NCBI GenBank assembly: GCA_038851325.1
Contig: JAWCKZ010000001.1
Location: forward strand, 111,410 to 175,409
Origin: Candidatus Bilamarchaeaceae archaeon
Lineage (GTDB): Archaea; Micrarchaeota; Micrarchaeia; Anstonellales; Bilamarchaeaceae
Direction of reading: 5' to 3'
DNA: 64,000 nucleotides
Positions 54,784 to 64,000 of the stretch are shown piece by piece. Position 1 is the first letter of the stretch, and every line of letters starts with the position of its first letter. The notes beneath the pieces were generated by a model, which saw only the letters and a program-made list of their open reading frames with translations, searched no databases and was not told the DNA's origin. The translations under genes and the position numbers were made by a program.

Positions 54784-56241
54784 ATGCAAGTCTATGATTC
54801 CGTTGAGAAAAAATTCGTTGAGTTTACCCCTCTCGAAGACAATCTTGTGATAATGTATGTTTGCGGGCTCACGCCGTATGATCAGGCGCATATAGGCCAC
54901 GCAAGAACTTACGTAGCATTCGATGTGATTAAGAGATATCTTGAAGCAAAGAACTATCGAGTTTTTCACATTCAGAACATTACTGATGTTGATGATAAGA
55001 TAATAGATAGATGCAAGCATACGCACGCAGAACCAAAACAGTTAACGGAGAAAAATCATGCCGAGGCACTTAGTCTTTTTGATAAGCTTGGCATAAAAAG
55101 AGCGGATGTCTACCCAAGGGTGACAGAGCACATCAAGGATGTAATAGAGTTGATAAAAGCGCTAATAGAGAAAGGTTATGCCTACGAAACTGCAACTGGA
55201 GTTTATTTCGATGTCTCACAGTTCGCAGACTACGGAAAATTATCAGGACAGAGAATGAGTGAAATGCGCGCCGGCGCAAGGATTCCACCTGACGAAACAA
55301 AGAAGGATGCACTTGACTTTGCTATTTGGAAAAAAACGAATGGCGAACTCATAGAGTTTGACTCTCCGTGGGGGCGAGGGCGACCTGGATGGCATATAGA
55401 ATGCTCTGCTCTTGCACTGAAGTATATAAAAAGTGCAAGTAGCGATACCAAACGTGCAACTTTGGATATCCATGGCGGCGCGCGCGACCTAATCTTCCCT
55501 CATCACGAGAATGAGATAGCGCAGAGCGAGAGTGTAACGCGCAAACCATTTTCAAAATATTGGTTGCACACAGGGTTTCTAACTGTTCGTGGAGAAAAGA
55601 TGTCCAAATCACTTGGTAATTTTATAACAATAAAGGATGCGCTGGAGCGGCTTCACCCCATGGCGCTCAGAATATTCTACCTCAAAAGCCATTACCGAAG
55701 CCCTGTTGATTACGAAGAGGAAGCGGTCGCTGAGGGAGCAGAGGTTTATAATAAGATAAAAAACACCTTGCTGCTTATAGAGGAAGCGCTGGAAAAAAAG
55801 GGGGATGGTGGTTCTGAGCTCAGGGTGGATACAACCGTCAATGAGTTCTACGCAGCGATGGACAATGACTTTGATACCCCTGCCGCGCTTGCCGCACTCT
55901 TTAAACTCATGAAAGAGGTGAACATAGAGATAAACAAAGACAGAATAGATAAGAACGGAATAAGAATCGCCAAAAAAGAAATGGAAAAAATGCTCAACAT
56001 TTTAGGGATAATAATAGAAAAGAGTGCGATCTCTGAAAAAAAGGAGCTGGTGTCACTTGCGGAGCGATTTGGAATAAAGGCACATACACCAGAGGAAGCG
56101 ATAGAAAAATTGATAGATGCGAGAGAGCGCGCGAGAAAAGGAAAGAATTACGCTCTGTCGGATGAGATAAGGGCCGAACTTAGAAGGATCGGCATTATCC
56201 TTGAGGATAAAGTAGAAGGGATTAGATGGAGGGTCGAGTGA
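54784..56241 (+). CDS. cysS: cysteinyl-tRNA synthetase
   Basis: HIGH (HIGHARTY) and KMSKS (KMSKSLGN) class I motifs. CysRS zinc ligands. Confidence 0.9.
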   Translation: MQVYDSVEKKFVEFTPLEDNLVIMYVCGLTPYDQAHIGHARTYVAFDVIKRYLEAKNYRVFHIQNITDVDDKIIDRCKHTHAEPKQLTEKNHAEALSLFDKLGIKRADVYPRVTEHIKDVIELIKALIEKGYAYETATGVYFDVSQFADYGKLSGQRMSEMRAGARIPPDETKKDALDFAIWKKTNGELIEFDSPWGRGRPGWHIECSALALKYIKSASSDTKRATLDIHGGARDLIFPHHENEIAQSESVTRKPFSKYWLHTGFLTVRGEKMSKSLGNFITIKDALERLHPMALRIFYLKSHYRSPVDYEEEAVAEGAEVYNKIKNTLLLIEEALEKKGDGGSELRVDTTVNEFYAAMDNDFDTPAALAALFKLMKEVNIEINKDRIDKNGIRIAKKEMEKMLNILGIIIEKSAISEKKELVSLAERFGIKAHTPEEAIEKLIDARERARKGKNYALSDEIRAELRRIGIILEDKVEGIRWRVE

Positions 56242-56633
56242 TGTATAGACTCTTGGAGCATCCTTCTGATATAATTGTTGAAGGAAGGGGAAGGACGTTT
56301 GAGAGTGCTCTTGAAAGCGTTGCTAATGGAATGTTCACGCAGATGGGCGCAGCGCGCGCGAGAGAAAAGGAAGCCATCGAGATAGAATCGGCCATGTCAA
56401 CGCTTGAGGATGTTGTAGTAGATGCGCTCACGAAGATAATTGCGGAATGTGAAAGCATTCCGTTCACGCCAAAAAGGGCAGAAGTCATCAGGGCGGAGAA
56501 TAGAGCTGTAAGGATAAAGGTTTTTGGTGAAAGAAAACAACCTGCGAACGTCATAAAAGCAGTTACCTATCATGACCTACAAGTTGAGAGAAAAAAGGGC
56601 GGATGGGTAATACGGGTGCTTTTTGATATCTAA
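56226..56633 (+). CDS. archease
   Basis: LEHPSDIIVEG...AVTYHDLQV...RVLFDI conserved archease blocks. Confidence 0.8.
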   Translation: MEGRVMYRLLEHPSDIIVEGRGRTFESALESVANGMFTQMGAARAREKEAIEIESAMSTLEDVVVDALTKIIAECESIPFTPKRAEVIRAENRAVRIKVFGERKQPANVIKAVTYHDLQVERKKGGWVIRVLFDI

Positions 56634-56896
56634 AGCATTCCAAAAAGCGCAAGTAGCGCAAGAACAGCTACGCCGAGCAAACCGAATAAAGCAACAATCA
56701 AAAACGTTACAAAGTTCACGGGAATTGTGAGTCCGAGTATATCGAGTACAAAGATCGCCAGAAAACCAAGAGCCGCGTTTATCGCAACCCCGATTACAAA
56801 GCGCAGCGACTTCTTCAATATGGAGAATGCGATAGCCAAGAAAAGCACAAGGAACAAAATTATAAGAAGTACGAACAGTGCATTCATCGTATCCAT
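56630..56896 (-). CDS. small membrane protein, hypothetical
   Basis: 88 aa, entirely hydrophobic helices. Compact spacing with neighbours. Confidence 0.35.
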   Translation of the reverse strand: MDTMNALFVLLIILFLVLFLAIAFSILKKSLRFVIGVAINAALGFLAIFVLDILGLTIPVNFVTFLIVALFGLLGVAVLALLALFGML

Positions 56897-56957
56897 TATC
56901 TAACAGATGCTTATAAAGCTGCCGGTTGAGAAAGTTAAGGAAATTAAATAGTAATAG

Positions 56958-57587
56958 ATGATTGCGATGGGCTACAGAGCGCTGCATACGCAGGGCGAAC
57001 GTTGGCTTCTGCACAAGTTAAGGGCAGAAGGCCATGACGTTAATTTAGAAGTCCGAAAAAATAATGATGTGATATTTGATGTCTATGACGAAACAGAAGG
57101 GACTGCGTGGGAGGTGTTGACAGCCAAGTTCTTTAAATCAGCGCACGAACAGGATGAGGCGATTATCGCAAAGATATTTCGCTATCTTCTCCATTGCAAA
57201 CAGTTAAGATTTCTCGTAGTTTCGGTAAACTCGGAAGAGATTAAATTACTTCATAAGATTGGACTTGAACACTGGCATATCTATGGCGATTATTGGAGCG
57301 AAGGGCTTCGCGGCTTCGAATATCATAAAGGAACGTCTTCATTAGACATCGCAAAGAAAATCTATAAAGCCCTTGTTGGTTATGCACCAATCCACGAGTG
57401 GTGTAGGAAAGGCAGACGAAAATACCATCCAAAGGCAGAGGTAGAGAAGGATTTTGCACGGATCACGAGAGCGCTTGGGCTGCCGAAAAATTTTCTTATC
57501 GGGCTCTGGCGCGACTGGCACCTTGTGTGGGTCTGGAAGCTCGAAAACGCACTTCGAAAGTGGAAGCTTAAAAAAACCTACCTATAA
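56958..57587 (+). CDS. hypothetical protein with possible PD-(D/E)xK nuclease-like N-terminus
   Basis: IFDVYDE ... EVLTAK spacing is compatible with D ... (D/E)xK. Otherwise no recognisable motif. Confidence 0.3.
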   Translation: MIAMGYRALHTQGERWLLHKLRAEGHDVNLEVRKNNDVIFDVYDETEGTAWEVLTAKFFKSAHEQDEAIIAKIFRYLLHCKQLRFLVVSVNSEEIKLLHKIGLEHWHIYGDYWSEGLRGFEYHKGTSSLDIAKKIYKALVGYAPIHEWCRKGRRKYHPKAEVEKDFARITRALGLPKNFLIGLWRDWHLVWVWKLENALRKWKLKKTYL

Positions 57588-57609
57588 ATGTTAGGACAAA
57601 GGGGTATGC

Positions 57610-58404
57610 ATGCCAGTTCTTGAGGACATGTTAAGCCAGCTTGAAATAAGAGCAGTGGATGCGCTCTATGGACACGAAGAGACAATCTCACGAAGTCTGA
57701 AGCGATTGAAGGAGGGAATGCTCAATATCGGCCAGTTGGTCGACCCTTTGATAGTCGATGGAAAGACTGGTGTTGTTCTCGACGGTAATCATCGACTAAA
57801 GGTCCTTGAGATAATAGAGTGCCCGTATGCGGTATGCCAAGTGGTAAACTACTCCAGCCCGGAAATACGCGTTGGAACGTGGCACCCCTCGCTTAAGATA
57901 TCAAAGGATGAGCTCCTCCAGCTTGATTCTATAAAATGCGAGAAGGTCGATAGAGAAACGGGATTAAAGGCGGTGAACGAACTCCGCTCTCCCGCAATGG
58001 CCATTATTCCAGATGGAGAATGCTACCTAATCAATCCTGGAAATTACAAGATCAAGGAGATGATAGAGGAACAGCGCTATCTCCTTGGACTTATTGAGAA
58101 CAGGCAGCCTCAGTATATTCCGGATGAGGAAATAGAGAGGCATAGAGTTCTCGGTGAAACTGTATTTTATAGGCGAGCATACACAAAAGGGGAGATAATA
58201 GCAATGGCCACGGCTCACTCACCCCTCCCACCAAAATCAACACGACATCTCATTCCAGGTAGGATAATAAGGTTGAATATGAGGCTTGGTTGGCTCCATC
58301 TTGATAAGGAATCTGCCTGGAAGGAGCTTGTTGGGATGCTCAAAAAGAGAGCGTATAATGGAAACGTCCGAAAATATTATGAACCAGTCATAGTTATATA
58401 TTAG
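57610..58404 (+). CDS. ParB/DGQHR-like domain protein (DndB-like / ParB-N fold)
   Basis: VVLDGNHRLKVLE resembles DGQHR/ParB-N motif. 264 aa. Confidence 0.4.
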   Translation: MPVLEDMLSQLEIRAVDALYGHEETISRSLKRLKEGMLNIGQLVDPLIVDGKTGVVLDGNHRLKVLEIIECPYAVCQVVNYSSPEIRVGTWHPSLKISKDELLQLDSIKCEKVDRETGLKAVNELRSPAMAIIPDGECYLINPGNYKIKEMIEEQRYLLGLIENRQPQYIPDEEIERHRVLGETVFYRRAYTKGEIIAMATAHSPLPPKSTRHLIPGRIIRLNMRLGWLHLDKESAWKELVGMLKKRAYNGNVRKYYEPVIVIY

Positions 58405-58437
58405 AAATTGCGCAACCGATTTGTAGCGAGGATAAAT

Positions 58438-59511
58438 ATGACGATTCTTCTTACTCCCGGACCGGTACCTGTTTTGAATGAGATAGCAATGGCGCAGACA
58501 AAGGCAATGATAACGCACAGAAGTAAGGAGTTTAGTGAACTGTATAGTGACCTTTGCACGCGTTTGAAAAGCTACTTCAATGCTGAGGAAGCATACGTAT
58601 TAACTGGTTCTGGAGCGCTTGGCCTTGAGACGCTTGTTCTAAATATCTGCAAAAAGAATGAAAGAGCGATATGCTTTCCAAACGGCGAATTCGGTGAAAA
58701 ATGCGCAGAGACAGTTGGAATTTACACAAACGCAATTGTGTATAAGCACGAAGGACCCACAGGATGGAACATAGAAAGGGCAAAGGAAAAAATAGACGAG
58801 AGTAATGCGCAAGTCCTTGCGATGGTTTATAACGAAACTGGATACGGTCTGCGCAATCATATAAAGGAGATATGCAGATATGCGAAATCTAAAGGAATGT
58901 TCACTATAATAGACGGTATCTCTGCCTGGCCAGGAACAGAGCTTGACATGAAAGACTTTTGCGTGGATGGATTTGTTACAGGAAGCCAAAAGGGAATAGG
59001 CGCACCACCAGGCATGGCGTTGATAGGATTGAGCAAAGAAGCAGTGGACCGCTTTATGGCGCGTGATTCTGTCCCAAGTTATTGCTTTGATTTGAGAAAG
59101 CACAAAAAGCGGTTTGAAAAGGACAGGCAGACGCCGAATACGCCTGCGATAAGCCTTTACTGGGCGCTTCAGGCTGCTTTCGATGTTCTTGATAAAAAGG
59201 GCGGGGTTCCTGCTGCCGTCAAGCGGCATGCTGATGCTGCTGCACACGTGAGAAAACGGCTTGTCAGCATGGGCTTTCAGCTTGTTGCTGAGAAAGGATT
59301 TGAATCGAACACCGTGACAGGCTTCGTCTGCGAAAGCACAGAACAAGCAAAGACGATAAAGTCGCGGCTTGAAAGCGAATTTGGCATAAAGATAGTCGGC
59401 TGCCGTGGGGTATACAAGGACAACGGCCTGCGGATAGCGCACATGGGCAATTTCGAGATGGTCTGGCTTGACGCATGCTTGGATGCAATCGGAAAAATAA
59501 CGAAGAAATAA
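58438..59511 (+). CDS. class V aminotransferase (serine-pyruvate / alanine-glyoxylate / phosphoserine aminotransferase family)
   Basis: N-terminal LLTPGPVPV, PLP-lysine region SQKGIGAPPG. Start at 58438 with RBS GAGGAT. Confidence 0.8.
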   Translation: MTILLTPGPVPVLNEIAMAQTKAMITHRSKEFSELYSDLCTRLKSYFNAEEAYVLTGSGALGLETLVLNICKKNERAICFPNGEFGEKCAETVGIYTNAIVYKHEGPTGWNIERAKEKIDESNAQVLAMVYNETGYGLRNHIKEICRYAKSKGMFTIIDGISAWPGTELDMKDFCVDGFVTGSQKGIGAPPGMALIGLSKEAVDRFMARDSVPSYCFDLRKHKKRFEKDRQTPNTPAISLYWALQAAFDVLDKKGGVPAAVKRHADAAAHVRKRLVSMGFQLVAEKGFESNTVTGFVCESTEQAKTIKSRLESEFGIKIVGCRGVYKDNGLRIAHMGNFEMVWLDACLDAIGKITKK

Positions 59512-59535
59512 AAAATATAGAGTGCATACTCCATC

Positions 59536-60306
59536 ATGAAGGCAAAGGCGCTTGTGCTTACTGGATATGGAATAAACTGCGAGAACGAAAGTAAGTATGC
59601 TTTTGAAAAGGCCGGCGGGGAAGGGCATATCGTTCATGTCAACAAATTGATAGAACAGCCCTCCTTATTAGATGATTACGGTCTTCTTTTTCTCCCAGGT
59701 GGATTTTCGTTTGGTGACGACCTTGGCTCAGGAAAGGTTTTGGCAAATAAAATCAAATATAGATTGAGTGAAAAGCTTCTCGATTTCCATAAAAGTGGGA
59801 AATTGATAATAGGGGTATGCAACGGTTTTCAGGCCCTTGTCAAGATGGGGCTTCTTCCTAAACCAGATTTCATCCAACGCCTAACGCTTACCACTAACGA
59901 CTCTGGAAGGTTTGAAGACAGATGGGTGTTTCTCAAGATAAATAAAAGTAGCCCCTGCGTCTTTACGAAAAACCTAGATTACGTCCTCCTTCCGGTGAGA
60001 CATGGCGAAGGAAAACTGATTGCACCTGAAGAAGTAAGGAAAGAGCTTTGGGAAAAAAATCTTGTCGTACTTCAGTATGTTGGACCAAAGGGCGAGTTGG
60101 CTGGCTACCCCTACAATCCAAATGGCTCGGTTGACAATATCGCAGGGATATGCGATGAAAGTGGGAGAATATTTGGGCTTATGCCCCATCCTGAAGCGTT
60201 TAACATAATCCAGAATTGTCCATACTGGACCCTCGGCGGAATAAAAGAAGCTATGGGGCTGATCTTCTTCAGGAACGCTGCGGAGTATCTAAAGGAAAAG
60301 CTTTAG
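59536..60306 (+). CDS. purQ: phosphoribosylformylglycinamidine synthase subunit PurQ (class I glutamine amidotransferase)
   Basis: N-terminal GYGINCENE (PurQ G-x-NC-D/E-x-E), catalytic Cys in GVCNGFQ, C-terminal MPHPE. Confidence 0.7.
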   Translation: MKAKALVLTGYGINCENESKYAFEKAGGEGHIVHVNKLIEQPSLLDDYGLLFLPGGFSFGDDLGSGKVLANKIKYRLSEKLLDFHKSGKLIIGVCNGFQALVKMGLLPKPDFIQRLTLTTNDSGRFEDRWVFLKINKSSPCVFTKNLDYVLLPVRHGEGKLIAPEEVRKELWEKNLVVLQYVGPKGELAGYPYNPNGSVDNIAGICDESGRIFGLMPHPEAFNIIQNCPYWTLGGIKEAMGLIFFRNAAEYLKEKL

Positions 60307-60697
60307 ATTCCGTGCTCTCATTCTCCGAAAGTCGAGAAACAGAAGTCCCATCGCTCAGCAACTCACGCAGTGCGGTAAATTCTTTTTTCAAATCTTTAAT
60401 AGCTGGCTTTTCATCGTCTGATATCAGCCAGTAAATAGTATCCAAGTGCTTCTCTGTCTGTGAGATGCATCCTAACAATCCAACAGCGCTAGCCCCGCTC
60501 TCATTCTTTGCTTTCTCGAAATTCTGTATACGGATTTTTATTTGATAAACAAATGGCTGAACCCTTTCATTATCCGCTGCGTTTTTCTCAAGTTTTTCAA
60601 ACATATTCTTAAAAGAAGACCAAACTACTTTGATGTCTTTCTTTGTTTCATCGAGCAGCGCCCGCTCAATAGTTGGTTTATCAAGCATTCTAGTCAT
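60269..60697 (-). CDS. hypothetical protein (142 aa)
   Basis: ORF with an acidic, helical composition. Slight 3' overlap with purQ. Confidence 0.35.
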   Translation of the reverse strand: MTRMLDKPTIERALLDETKKDIKVVWSSFKNMFEKLEKNAADNERVQPFVYQIKIRIQNFEKAKNESGASAVGLLGCISQTEKHLDTIYWLISDDEKPAIKDLKKEFTALRELLSDGTSVSRLSENESTESKAFPLDTPQRS

Positions 60698-60727
60698 AAA
60701 AGTAATTTTACTTCAAGAATTTAAAAA

Positions 60728-61258
60728 CTATCTAAGGAGTTTTGCTATTGCTTCAGCAAATTGTTTTGCATTTGATGGGCCGTCAGCAGTCACGATTTTC
60801 CCATCGACAACTACTCCCTCACTAATATACTTCCCGCCAAACTTTTCAATGACTTTATTTGTTTCCATACCATACTCTGGATCGTTGCCGAGCCATACTG
60901 TTGCGTTTTTGTTCTTTAGCACCCCTGCCTTTGCTAGAATTGTTGGTGCCCAGCATATTGCAGCGACAACCTTGCCCTTCGCAGCCGCTTCTTGCGCAAG
61001 CCCAATGGCTTCCTCTTCCTTTCTTATGAGCGGGGTTCCGGACCCTCCGACAAAGACGACTGCATCATAATCGGCTGCTGAAACCTCTGCCAGTGTCTTA
61101 TCAACATTCACAATCCCGCCAAGCATACCGCTGGCTGTCCCTCTTTTCGTGCTTACGATTGTTACCTCGTGCCCTGCTGTCTCAAAATGTTTCTTCGGGA
61201 TAAAACATTCCTCGTCCCTAAAATTAGTTGGTGCTACCACCATTACAATATGCGCCAT
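60728..61258 (-). CDS. DJ-1/PfpI-family protein (intracellular protease/glyoxalase-like)
   Basis: Flavodoxin-like fold with a nucleophile-elbow region (VVAAICWAP, variant of AICHGP). Confidence 0.75.
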   Translation of the reverse strand: MAHIVMVVAPTNFRDEECFIPKKHFETAGHEVTIVSTKRGTASGMLGGIVNVDKTLAEVSAADYDAVVFVGGSGTPLIRKEEEAIGLAQEAAAKGKVVAAICWAPTILAKAGVLKNKNATVWLGNDPEYGMETNKVIEKFGGKYISEGVVVDGKIVTADGPSNAKQFAEAIAKLLR

Positions 61259-61315
61259 AAGAATATCACCAAAAGGCTTAAATCAGAATGCTATTTTAAA
61301 ATTATTGGTGAGGAT

Positions 61316-61582
61316 ATGGTTACGGAGTTCAAGAAAAAAGAGGAAGAAAAACCGAAAATCGTCGGGATAAAGGTCGAGAAGGTTCTGCCGCCTGGAGCCA
61401 TCCCAGTAAAGGCAGTCGAAAAGGCAGAGAAAGTAACCGAAGCAGTGGTGAAAAAATCAACTGAAAAGAATGCTGCGGAAATAGCAGAAAATTTTATCAA
61501 GGTGTTGAAACCGGCTGTAGCAGGTATGAAGGAATTCGAGAAAAGCGAGCTGAATTACTTGCTTGAATTCACAAAAGCGTGA
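61316..61582 (+). CDS. Lys/Glu-rich small protein, hypothetical
   Basis: Start chosen at MVTEFKKKEEE. The upstream part of the ORF overlaps pfpI on the opposite strand. Confidence 0.35.
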   Translation: MVTEFKKKEEEKPKIVGIKVEKVLPPGAIPVKAVEKAEKVTEAVVKKSTEKNAAEIAENFIKVLKPAVAGMKEFEKSELNYLLEFTKA

Positions 61583-61805
61583 GAGCATGAAAAAAGACCT
61601 TTTCAAGAACTGCAAGGTACAGTACGCATATGACAAAAAACAGAAGATATACAGCGTTCTTGTTTACCTGGAGGGAAGGCCAAGGATAATCACTTTCAGG
61701 GTTGGAGACGAGTTTGCAGAGGTCTCACTTGCGAATAGGGATGGAGAGCTGCTTGAGGTACTCACGCAAAAAGGGAACACCATCACGTTTATGAAAAAGA
61801 GGTAG
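61563..61805 (+). CDS. small hypothetical protein (80 aa)
   Basis: ORF overlapping the previous stop. No motif recognised. Confidence 0.3.
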   Translation: MNSQKRESMKKDLFKNCKVQYAYDKKQKIYSVLVYLEGRPRIITFRVGDEFAEVSLANRDGELLEVLTQKGNTITFMKKR

Positions 61806-61811
61806 GATTGA

Positions 61812-62477
61812 GTGGATGCCAGAAAAATAAACGCTGCACTTGGTGCGCTTCAGTATGTCAAAAGCGGGATGTGTATAGGACTTGGAAGCGGAAGTACGGC
61901 TGCTCAATTCATAAAACTTCTTGCTGAAAAGGTAAAAAAGGAAAAGCTCACAATATGTTGTGTAACAACATCTCTTGACAGTCGAGCGCTCGCTGTAGAG
62001 AATGGTCTGTGGGTAACAGAGCCAGACGCAATAACTGAGATAGACCTGGCTGTTGACGGGGCGGACAAGGTTACGGACAATGCTCTTTTAAAAGGCGGGG
62101 GAGGAGCGCTCACGAGAGAGAAAATCGTGGACTACAACGCAAAAAAATTCATAGTAATTGCAGATGAAAGAAAGGTCCAGAAAACACTTGAGGGGATTGT
62201 TTCTCTTGAGGTCCTTCCATTTGCAGCACCGATGGTGCTAAAGCGTCTTTCAGTCTATAAGCCTAAGGTGAGAGCGGCAGAAAAAAAACTGGGTCCGGTC
62301 ATAAGCGATAATGGTTGCTTCATAGTTGACCTTGAAAGTATGAAAATTGAGAATCCGGTGCGTATGGAGCAGGAGTTGAACAGCATTCCAGGCGTCATAG
62401 AAAACGGAATATTCACGAAATTTGATGAAATCATAGTTGGCACAGAAAACGGATGGAAAAGAATAACACGCAAGTAA
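61812..62477 (+). CDS. rpiA: ribose-5-phosphate isomerase A
   Basis: GLGSGSTA, DGADKV, KGGGGA conserved RpiA motifs. Confidence 0.9.
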   Translation: MDARKINAALGALQYVKSGMCIGLGSGSTAAQFIKLLAEKVKKEKLTICCVTTSLDSRALAVENGLWVTEPDAITEIDLAVDGADKVTDNALLKGGGGALTREKIVDYNAKKFIVIADERKVQKTLEGIVSLEVLPFAAPMVLKRLSVYKPKVRAAEKKLGPVISDNGCFIVDLESMKIENPVRMEQELNSIPGVIENGIFTKFDEIIVGTENGWKRITRK

Positions 62478-62510
62478 AAAATTAAATAATTTATGTGAAA
62501 GAATAATAGG

Positions 62511-63683
62511 TTGGTTGGTGGAATGAAAGAAATGACAGATCTAAACAAACTCATCTCACTGACATTTGATGAAGACCCAGAGGTAAGGATAAAGGCCGCA
62601 GCCGCGCTCGAAAACATTGATGATCCTGCGGCCGTGTTCGCTCTCATCGAATTGAGTTATGATAAGGAACCTAGGGTAAGAAAAAGAGCACAGGAAAGCC
62701 TGGAAAAAAAGAAGAAAGAGGAGAAGGAGGTGCTCTCATTTGCAGAGCTGTTCTCAAAAGGAGCGAAAGAAACCCAGGAAAAAGAATTGCCTGCTGACAA
62801 AAAGGAAAAATTACTATCTCCGATAACAAAGATGTTCGAAAGACATCTTGGCAAAGAAAAGGCGGAGAGAGTAAAGGCAAAGATGATGCCAACCATAGAG
62901 AGGATATACCATTCTAGAACCGCACCTGTAAGTGAGGAAACAAGGGAGGAGCAGGGAAGAAAGGTCATCCAAGAATTTCTCACAGGGTATCTGGAAGCAA
63001 TATCTGATATAAATCAGGAGAACAATATTGATAAACACGAGGGCACGCACGAGGAAAGGGTAGGAGCCGAAGTGATAGAAACATTGAAAAAAGAGGAGGA
63101 CCTAAAAATAGAACTCGAAAGTATCGGAAAGCCAGGTGGTATAGACAGGATATCAGAAGATTTAATAAAAATAGAAACAGAAGAAGCGGTTGAAAGCGAG
63201 GAAGAAAAGGGAATAGAGAAACTGCCCAATACCTTCTTCAAAAAAGCCTATGAGACAATGATGATATCAAACGGCGATGATGATGTGATGCGAAGCGAAA
63301 TGGAAAGAATGTTGAAAGAGGCTGAAAAAGACATAAAACTCGCTTTCAGAATGGCAAAAAAGAAGTTTAAGGAGAAGAGAATAACCAACATCACAAAGAT
63401 AAGAGATGGAATGAGAAATATAAACACAGAGCTTCTTGAAGTTAAGGAAGTGGAGAACATAGAGTATACAAAAAAGAAAAAGGAAAAAGCAATAGCAACG
63501 CGAATAGTTGTTCATGACGAGAATGGGAATGAGGGTGTGATTTATCTTTTTGATGGCAGAGGAATGCCTGTAAAACCAGGAATGAAACTTAAGGTCATAA
63601 GAGGACAGGCAAGAACATTTGAATTTTCTGGTGAAACTGCTCTTACCATAGGAAAAAAAGGTGAAGTGCATATTGTTCTGTAG
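62511..63683 (+). CDS. HEAT/PBS-lyase-repeat protein with a long Glu/Lys-rich low-complexity region
   Basis: N-terminal DPEVRIKAAAALENIDDPAAVFALIELSYDKEPRVRKRA (HEAT-like repeats), then an E/K-rich segment and a C-terminal beta-rich domain. Confidence 0.4.
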   Translation: MVGGMKEMTDLNKLISLTFDEDPEVRIKAAAALENIDDPAAVFALIELSYDKEPRVRKRAQESLEKKKKEEKEVLSFAELFSKGAKETQEKELPADKKEKLLSPITKMFERHLGKEKAERVKAKMMPTIERIYHSRTAPVSEETREEQGRKVIQEFLTGYLEAISDINQENNIDKHEGTHEERVGAEVIETLKKEEDLKIELESIGKPGGIDRISEDLIKIETEEAVESEEEKGIEKLPNTFFKKAYETMMISNGDDDVMRSEMERMLKEAEKDIKLAFRMAKKKFKEKRITNITKIRDGMRNINTELLEVKEVENIEYTKKKKEKAIATRIVVHDENGNEGVIYLFDGRGMPVKPGMKLKVIRGQARTFEFSGETALTIGKKGEVHIVL

Positions 63684-63711
63684 GTTGAATGGGTGAATGA
63701 AGAGGGGTTTT

Positions 63712-63885
63712 ATGAAACTAACGAAATATGAACTCGCGCGCATAATAGGCGCAAGGGCAGCGCAGCTTGCAAGCGGTGCACCTCCACTTATAAAAGCAAA
63801 AAAGGGCGTAGGGTTTCTTGAACTTGCTAAAGAAGAACTTGAAAATGGTGTAATCCCACTTGCTGTATTACGAGAAAGTCACTGA
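63712..63885 (+). CDS. rpoK: DNA-directed RNA polymerase subunit K (Rpb6/omega homolog)
   Basis: LTKYELARIIGARAAQLASGAPP matches the RpoK/Rpb6 signature. Confidence 0.8.
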   Translation: MKLTKYELARIIGARAAQLASGAPPLIKAKKGVGFLELAKEELENGVIPLAVLRESH

Positions 63886-64000
63886 CGAATAGTGATGGTG
63901 TAACCAGGTCCGATTTCCTTTGAAAGAATTCTCCGTTCATCTTCAACCCAATAGTAGACTTCTGTTGAGCCGTAAACCGCTCTGACAACATATTGTTTTT

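Noticed and set aside
58639-59637. 332-aa ORF on - strand
   Set aside because: Antisense to the class V aminotransferase. Cys- and aromatic-rich nonsense composition. Spurious.

Overview
This is a densely coded archaeal chromosome segment of roughly 40% GC, and most genes carry Shine-Dalgarno-like GGAGGTG sites. The proteins are of archaeal type: MAT-type SAM synthetase, class I CCA enzyme, archease, RpoK, a PAC2 chaperone, split GuaA, an eukaryal/archaeal-type ProRS, and an AMP phosphorylase plus ribose-1,5-bisphosphate isomerase pair. Housekeeping content covers purine synthesis (purD, purH, purQ, guaA-B), a compact riboflavin cluster (ribB, a riboflavin-synthase/lumazine-synthase fusion, bacterial-type ribA), translation (proS, cysS, cca, alaX, three tRNAs), secDF, DNA ligase and an Lhr helicase. 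Structure beyond ordinary annotation: (i) three tRNA genes with non-canonical architectures: a tRNA-Tyr with three introns, a tRNA-Leu with one intron, and a tRNA-Val whose anticodon intron is about 290 nt and is filled with a 74-bp tandem repeat; (ii) a VirB4/HerA/FtsK-superfamily ATPase whose membrane-anchored N-terminal module is a separate ORF in the same frame, separated only by a TGA, followed by a coiled-coil/winged-helix protein, with a candidate VirB2/CedA1-like pilin elsewhere in the window, so a Ced/Ted-like DNA-transfer apparatus is possible; (iii) a GC-rich, about 380-nt structured non-coding locus with an internal domain duplication that I cannot assign to a known RNA family; (iv) a double-AAA CDC48-like ATPase fused to a polytopic membrane domain; (v) a surface-glycosylation/lipid locus (GT-C, GT2, PAP2, methyltransferase) containing a second in-frame-stop gene and a degraded Arch_ATPase pseudogene. 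All calls come from reading the sequence and from motif knowledge; no database searches were run.
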